DNA from: Candidatus Bathyarchaeota archaeon
Lineage (GTDB): Archaea > Thermoproteota > CALKCG01 > B24 > DRYS01
Assembly (NCBI GenBank): GCA_018396535.1
Contig: JAGTQC010000007.1
Span: 598 to 64,597, forward strand
Length of the DNA stretch: 64,000 nt
Direction of reading: 5' to 3'
Part shown: piece after piece, positions 60,622-64,000 of the stretch
Layout: each line of letters begins with the position of its first letter
Position numbering within the stretch: the first letter of the stretch is position 1
The notes under the pieces: generated by a model
The model's input: the letters and a program-made list of their open reading frames with translations, nothing else
Database searches by the model: none
What the model was told of the DNA's origin: nothing
Made by a program: the position numbers and the translations under genes

Positions 60622-63138
60622 TTAGCGAAGAATATTTATACTAGGCGACTCTACGTACGGGTATGCCTCGATCCTCAATCTCTCGATAAACTCTCCTACA
60701 CCTATATCCCTATCTAAGCTTATACGTATAGTTTTCATCGATTTAGGTATCAGATCTACATAGTTATCTTCGAGGAATGCTTCCACACCCTCCAAGCTTA
60801 TAGCTAAGCCTTTAACATATACATCGGATTCTACCGATAGGGTATACGACCCACCTCCGCTACGATCTACGTATACGTTTATCCTAGGTTTCGGTAGATG
60901 TACGTATTTCGGTTTAGAAGCCATCCTAACATCCTCGTATACAATCCTACCATCAGCTATAAGCTTAACGACGTATATCCTATCATCCGCTACCGGTAGT
61001 TTATCGATAGATCTCTCGATAACCTTAGTAGAGCTGTAGCTAGCTACTCCTACATCTATACACTCTGAGTAGTAGATCGATCCGTAGAAATCCATAACGT
61101 AGAATACCAGCGTAGCTTTAAGATATCCAGGAGTTTCGTTAACTATGTAAACGGCTATCCTACCATCCCTAATCTTCGTAAAAGCTATCCTAGGTTTGAA
61201 AGATCTCTTAACATAGTAGTATGATGGTTTAGGATTTAGATCATAATCTATCAAGCTCCAGCTTAGTACAGGCCAGCAATCGTTCAACTGCCATATCAAG
61301 CATCCGCTAGTCTTATACATTAAACTCCTCCAATGCTCAACCCCCTCTCTCAAAGCCTCACCCTGATTCAGCTGACAGTATAGTGTGAATAGCCTCATAT
61401 CATCTGGGACAGGGTAGTATGCGGATAGGAATCTATACAATCTCTCCAAACCCTCAACCTGCTTCTCATGCGCTTCCACAACCCTACTATACGGTTTAGC
61501 ATCCAATCCTATATACCTCTGTATAACCTTCAAGCTTGGCGGAGCCTGCCATCCAAACTCGCTTATAAACCTACCCTCATCATCAAGATATCTCTCATAG
61601 CTATACCATCTGCTCCATACATCCCAGTTATGTCTATCACCCTCGTATGGACTGTTAGGATCATCACCTCCATAGGGGCTGCTAGGCCAGTATGGTCTAG
61701 TAGGATCTAACCTACTACACACTTTTGGAAGTATCTCATCGTATATAGGAGCACCTAGTAGCCTACCCCTACTACGCCAAGCCATATGGTATATCCATTG
61801 ATTCTCGTTATTACCACACCATAAGACTATGCATGGATGCCTTCTAAGCCTTCTAACAACCTCCTCAGCCTCCCTCTCAGCCTCTCTTAGAAACCAATCC
61901 TCCTCAGGATACTCTGCGCATGCATACATGAAATCCTGCCACACCATGATGCCAAGCTCATCACATAGATCGTAGAAGTAGTCATCCTCATATACGCCTC
62001 CACCCCAAACTCTAAGCATATTCATACTAGACTCCCTAGCCATCTCTAGTAGACGACAGTAACGTTCCCTAGAAACCCTAGGTAGAAATGAATCTGCAGG
62101 AATCCAGTTAGCACCTTTACAGAATACTGGTAGATCGTTTATCTTGAATAGGAAGCTTCTACCCTTCTCATCAAGCTCCTGTATAAGCTCCACCTTCCTA
62201 ACACCTATCCTCGTATATGCTTCATCTACCATAGATCCGCTATCATACAGTTCTACTCTTAGATCGTATAGGTTCTGTTCTCCATAACCGTTAGGCCACC
62301 ATAGCCTAGGCTTATCAAGCTCGATTATACATGATAAATCGCTCCTACCATGTTCGACGTAATCCTCAGTATATGCTTCAACCCTACTACCATAACCCTC
62401 TACTACGAATCTAACCCCAGCTTTAAATCTACGATAAGCATAGACCTCAGCAGTAAGCTTCAAGATAGCTTTATCCCTAGATACTTCCAACGGTAGAGCT
62501 GCTACATAGCCTAGCCTACCCTTATCGTATCCGATCAGCTTTACACTACGCCATATACCTATAGCTGGGAGTCTAGGACCCCAATCCCATCCGAAGGAGT
62601 ATTGAGCCTTCCTTATATACGGTCTAGATCTATGGAATGCGCTATTCAGAACCCCATACTTCTGACGATATCTATCCGATAACTCATCAGCATACCTACC
62701 TGGAGGCTTAAACCTAACGACTATAGTATTCCTACCAGCTCTAAGTATATTCTTCACATCGAATATCCATGGTGTAAACATATTGTATGCTTCACCAATC
62801 CTAACACCGTTAACCCATATGGTAGCTATCGTATCGAGGCCTTCGAAGATAAGCTCTACACAATCCCTCTCTAAAAGCTCGCTAGGAGCTTCGAAATCCC
62901 TCCTATACCACCACTCAACATCCTCAACCCATCTAACAGCATCCTCGTTCAAACCATAGAATGGATCAGGTATTAAACCGTTTCTAATCAAATCTATATA
63001 GACTACCCCAGGCACCTCTGCTTGAATCCATCCATCTATCGGGTAATCTGGGTTATACGCACCCTCCTCCTCACCGTTAAGTTTAGGAAACCCTTTAAGT
63101 AACCATACCCCATCTAGCGAATACGTATATCTAGCCAT
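60622..63138 (-). CDS. family 2 glycoside hydrolase, beta-mannosidase-like
   Basis: 838 aa. N-terminal GH2 sugar-binding pattern (W.AEVPGVV……WWYRRDF), TIM-barrel with conserved E residues (…WSGNNENQ…), C-terminal beta domains typical of beta-mannosidases. Confidence 0.7.
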   Translation of the reverse strand: MARYTYSLDGVWLLKGFPKLNGEEEGAYNPDYPIDGWIQAEVPGVVYIDLIRNGLIPDPFYGLNEDAVRWVEDVEWWYRRDFEAPSELLERDCVELIFEGLDTIATIWVNGVRIGEAYNMFTPWIFDVKNILRAGRNTIVVRFKPPGRYADELSDRYRQKYGVLNSAFHRSRPYIRKAQYSFGWDWGPRLPAIGIWRSVKLIGYDKGRLGYVAALPLEVSRDKAILKLTAEVYAYRRFKAGVRFVVEGYGSRVEAYTEDYVEHGRSDLSCIIELDKPRLWWPNGYGEQNLYDLRVELYDSGSMVDEAYTRIGVRKVELIQELDEKGRSFLFKINDLPVFCKGANWIPADSFLPRVSRERYCRLLEMARESSMNMLRVWGGGVYEDDYFYDLCDELGIMVWQDFMYACAEYPEEDWFLREAEREAEEVVRRLRRHPCIVLWCGNNENQWIYHMAWRSRGRLLGAPIYDEILPKVCSRLDPTRPYWPSSPYGGDDPNSPYEGDRHNWDVWSRWYSYERYLDDEGRFISEFGWQAPPSLKVIQRYIGLDAKPYSRVVEAHEKQVEGLERLYRFLSAYYPVPDDMRLFTLYCQLNQGEALREGVEHWRSLMYKTSGCLIWQLNDCWPVLSWSLIDYDLNPKPSYYYVKRSFKPRIAFTKIRDGRIAVYIVNETPGYLKATLVFYVMDFYGSIYYSECIDVGVASYSSTKVIERSIDKLPVADDRIYVVKLIADGRIVYEDVRMASKPKYVHLPKPRINVYVDRSGGGSYTLSVESDVYVKGLAISLEGVEAFLEDNYVDLIPKSMKTIRISLDRDIGVGEFIERLRIEAYPYVESPSINILR

Positions 63139-63242
63139 ACATATACGATGCTAACTAGCATATAGACTTAAACCTTCTAGTAGGAGTTTTAGAAATACCT
63201 AGGTAGGATATGATGGTAGCCTATGGGAGGCTATGATAGTAT

Positions 63243-63962
63243 CTAACGGGTAGCGATGGATGCATACTGTTTCAAAGTGTATAACCCGTATAGTTTATCG
63301 ATAGTTTCACGTATATCTTGTAATCTATAGATATCATCGAATCGTCCATCACCTATTACCCTACCGTGATCCAGTACTATCACTCTATCTACGTATCTCA
63401 GGGTTGTAGGCTTAGCGTTCACTACGATTATAGTCGAATCCTTAAGGTAATCGGCTATCTTAGATACAATCCTAGTCTCAGTCTCTGAATCGAAGTTTGT
63501 AAAGAGGTTATGTATAACGAGTATATCTGGTCTACTTATCAAGCCTCTAGCTACTATAATCTTACACCTATCAGTCTCAGGTATACTGAAATTCTGCTCA
63601 CCTACCCTTGTATCTAGTCTAGACTGATACTTATCATACCTTAACTCGACTATATTCAGAACTCTCTCCAACTCCTCGCTAGGTATACTCCTTCTAAGAG
63701 TTATATTCTCTCGTATAGTCCCTGGGATAAGCCTATCACCTTCAGATACTAGTGTAACCCTACTCCTAAGTATATGTCTAGGTGTATCTAGCGAACCGTT
63801 AACAACTATCCTACCACTACTAGGCTCTATTATACCAGCGATTATCCTAGCTAGAGTCGATTTACCAGATTCAGCAGGACCGATGACAGCTATCCTCTCC
63901 CCCCTCTTCAAGCTGATCGTTAGAGGCTGTAGGACAACCCTACCATCAACAGAGTACGACAC
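63243..63962 (-). CDS. ABC transporter ATP-binding protein; N-terminus may continue past the window edge
   Basis: 239+ aa. Walker A GPAESGKST. The reading frame stays open to the right end of the window. Confidence 0.65.
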   Translation of the reverse strand: MSYSVDGRVVLQPLTISLKRGERIAVIGPAESGKSTLARIIAGIIEPSSGRIVVNGSLDTPRHILRSRVTLVSEGDRLIPGTIRENITLRRSIPSEELERVLNIVELRYDKYQSRLDTRVGEQNFSIPETDRCKIIVARGLISRPDILVIHNLFTNFDSETETRIVSKIADYLKDSTIIVVNAKPTTLRYVDRVIVLDHGRVIGDGRFDDIYRLQDIRETIDKLYGLYTLKQYASIATR

Positions 63963-64000
63963 CTCTTCAAGCTTAACCTCATCTATACGTATAGACTCCC

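Noticed and set aside
1-64000. Scan for CRISPR arrays, rRNA genes and IS elements
   Set aside because: No array of regularly spaced direct repeats, no rRNA-like conserved stretches, and no transposase-like ORFs or terminal inverted repeats were seen.

Overview
This 64 kb window looks like chromosomal DNA from a hyperthermophilic crenarchaeon, probably Thermoproteales-like. The evidence is A/T-biased codon usage, archaeal translation genes, archaeal tRNA features, and a tRNA gene carrying several introns. Gene density is high on both strands and most genes are housekeeping: the conserved infB(aIF5B)-rps6e-eif2g-PIN cluster, alaS next to tmcA, argS, pckG, rpiA, argH, rnz, tRNA-modifying enzymes, glycosylation and mannoside-degrading enzymes, ABC transporters, and tRNA-Thr and tRNA-Gln. 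No CRISPR array, rRNA or obvious transposon is present. Three things stand out. First, the aIF5B gene carries an exact 24-nt in-frame insertion with a stop codon in the conserved switch-I segment, and the insertion folds into a textbook helix-bulge-helix-bulge-helix splicing motif, so it is a candidate pre-mRNA intron in infB. Second, a nurA-herA gene pair sits without mre11/rad50, and its HerA P-loop is split by a ~327-aa intein; the pair is flanked by a cluster of paralogous small winged-helix proteins. Third, a ~209-nt tRNA gene appears to hold three introns, one of which contains a 32-nt perfect palindrome, and an unannotated ribbon-helix-helix mini-gene lies beside it. Other minor observations are a 240-nt region of ~85% AT, a stand-alone LigD-type phosphoesterase domain, and a radical-SAM/creatininase neighbourhood.
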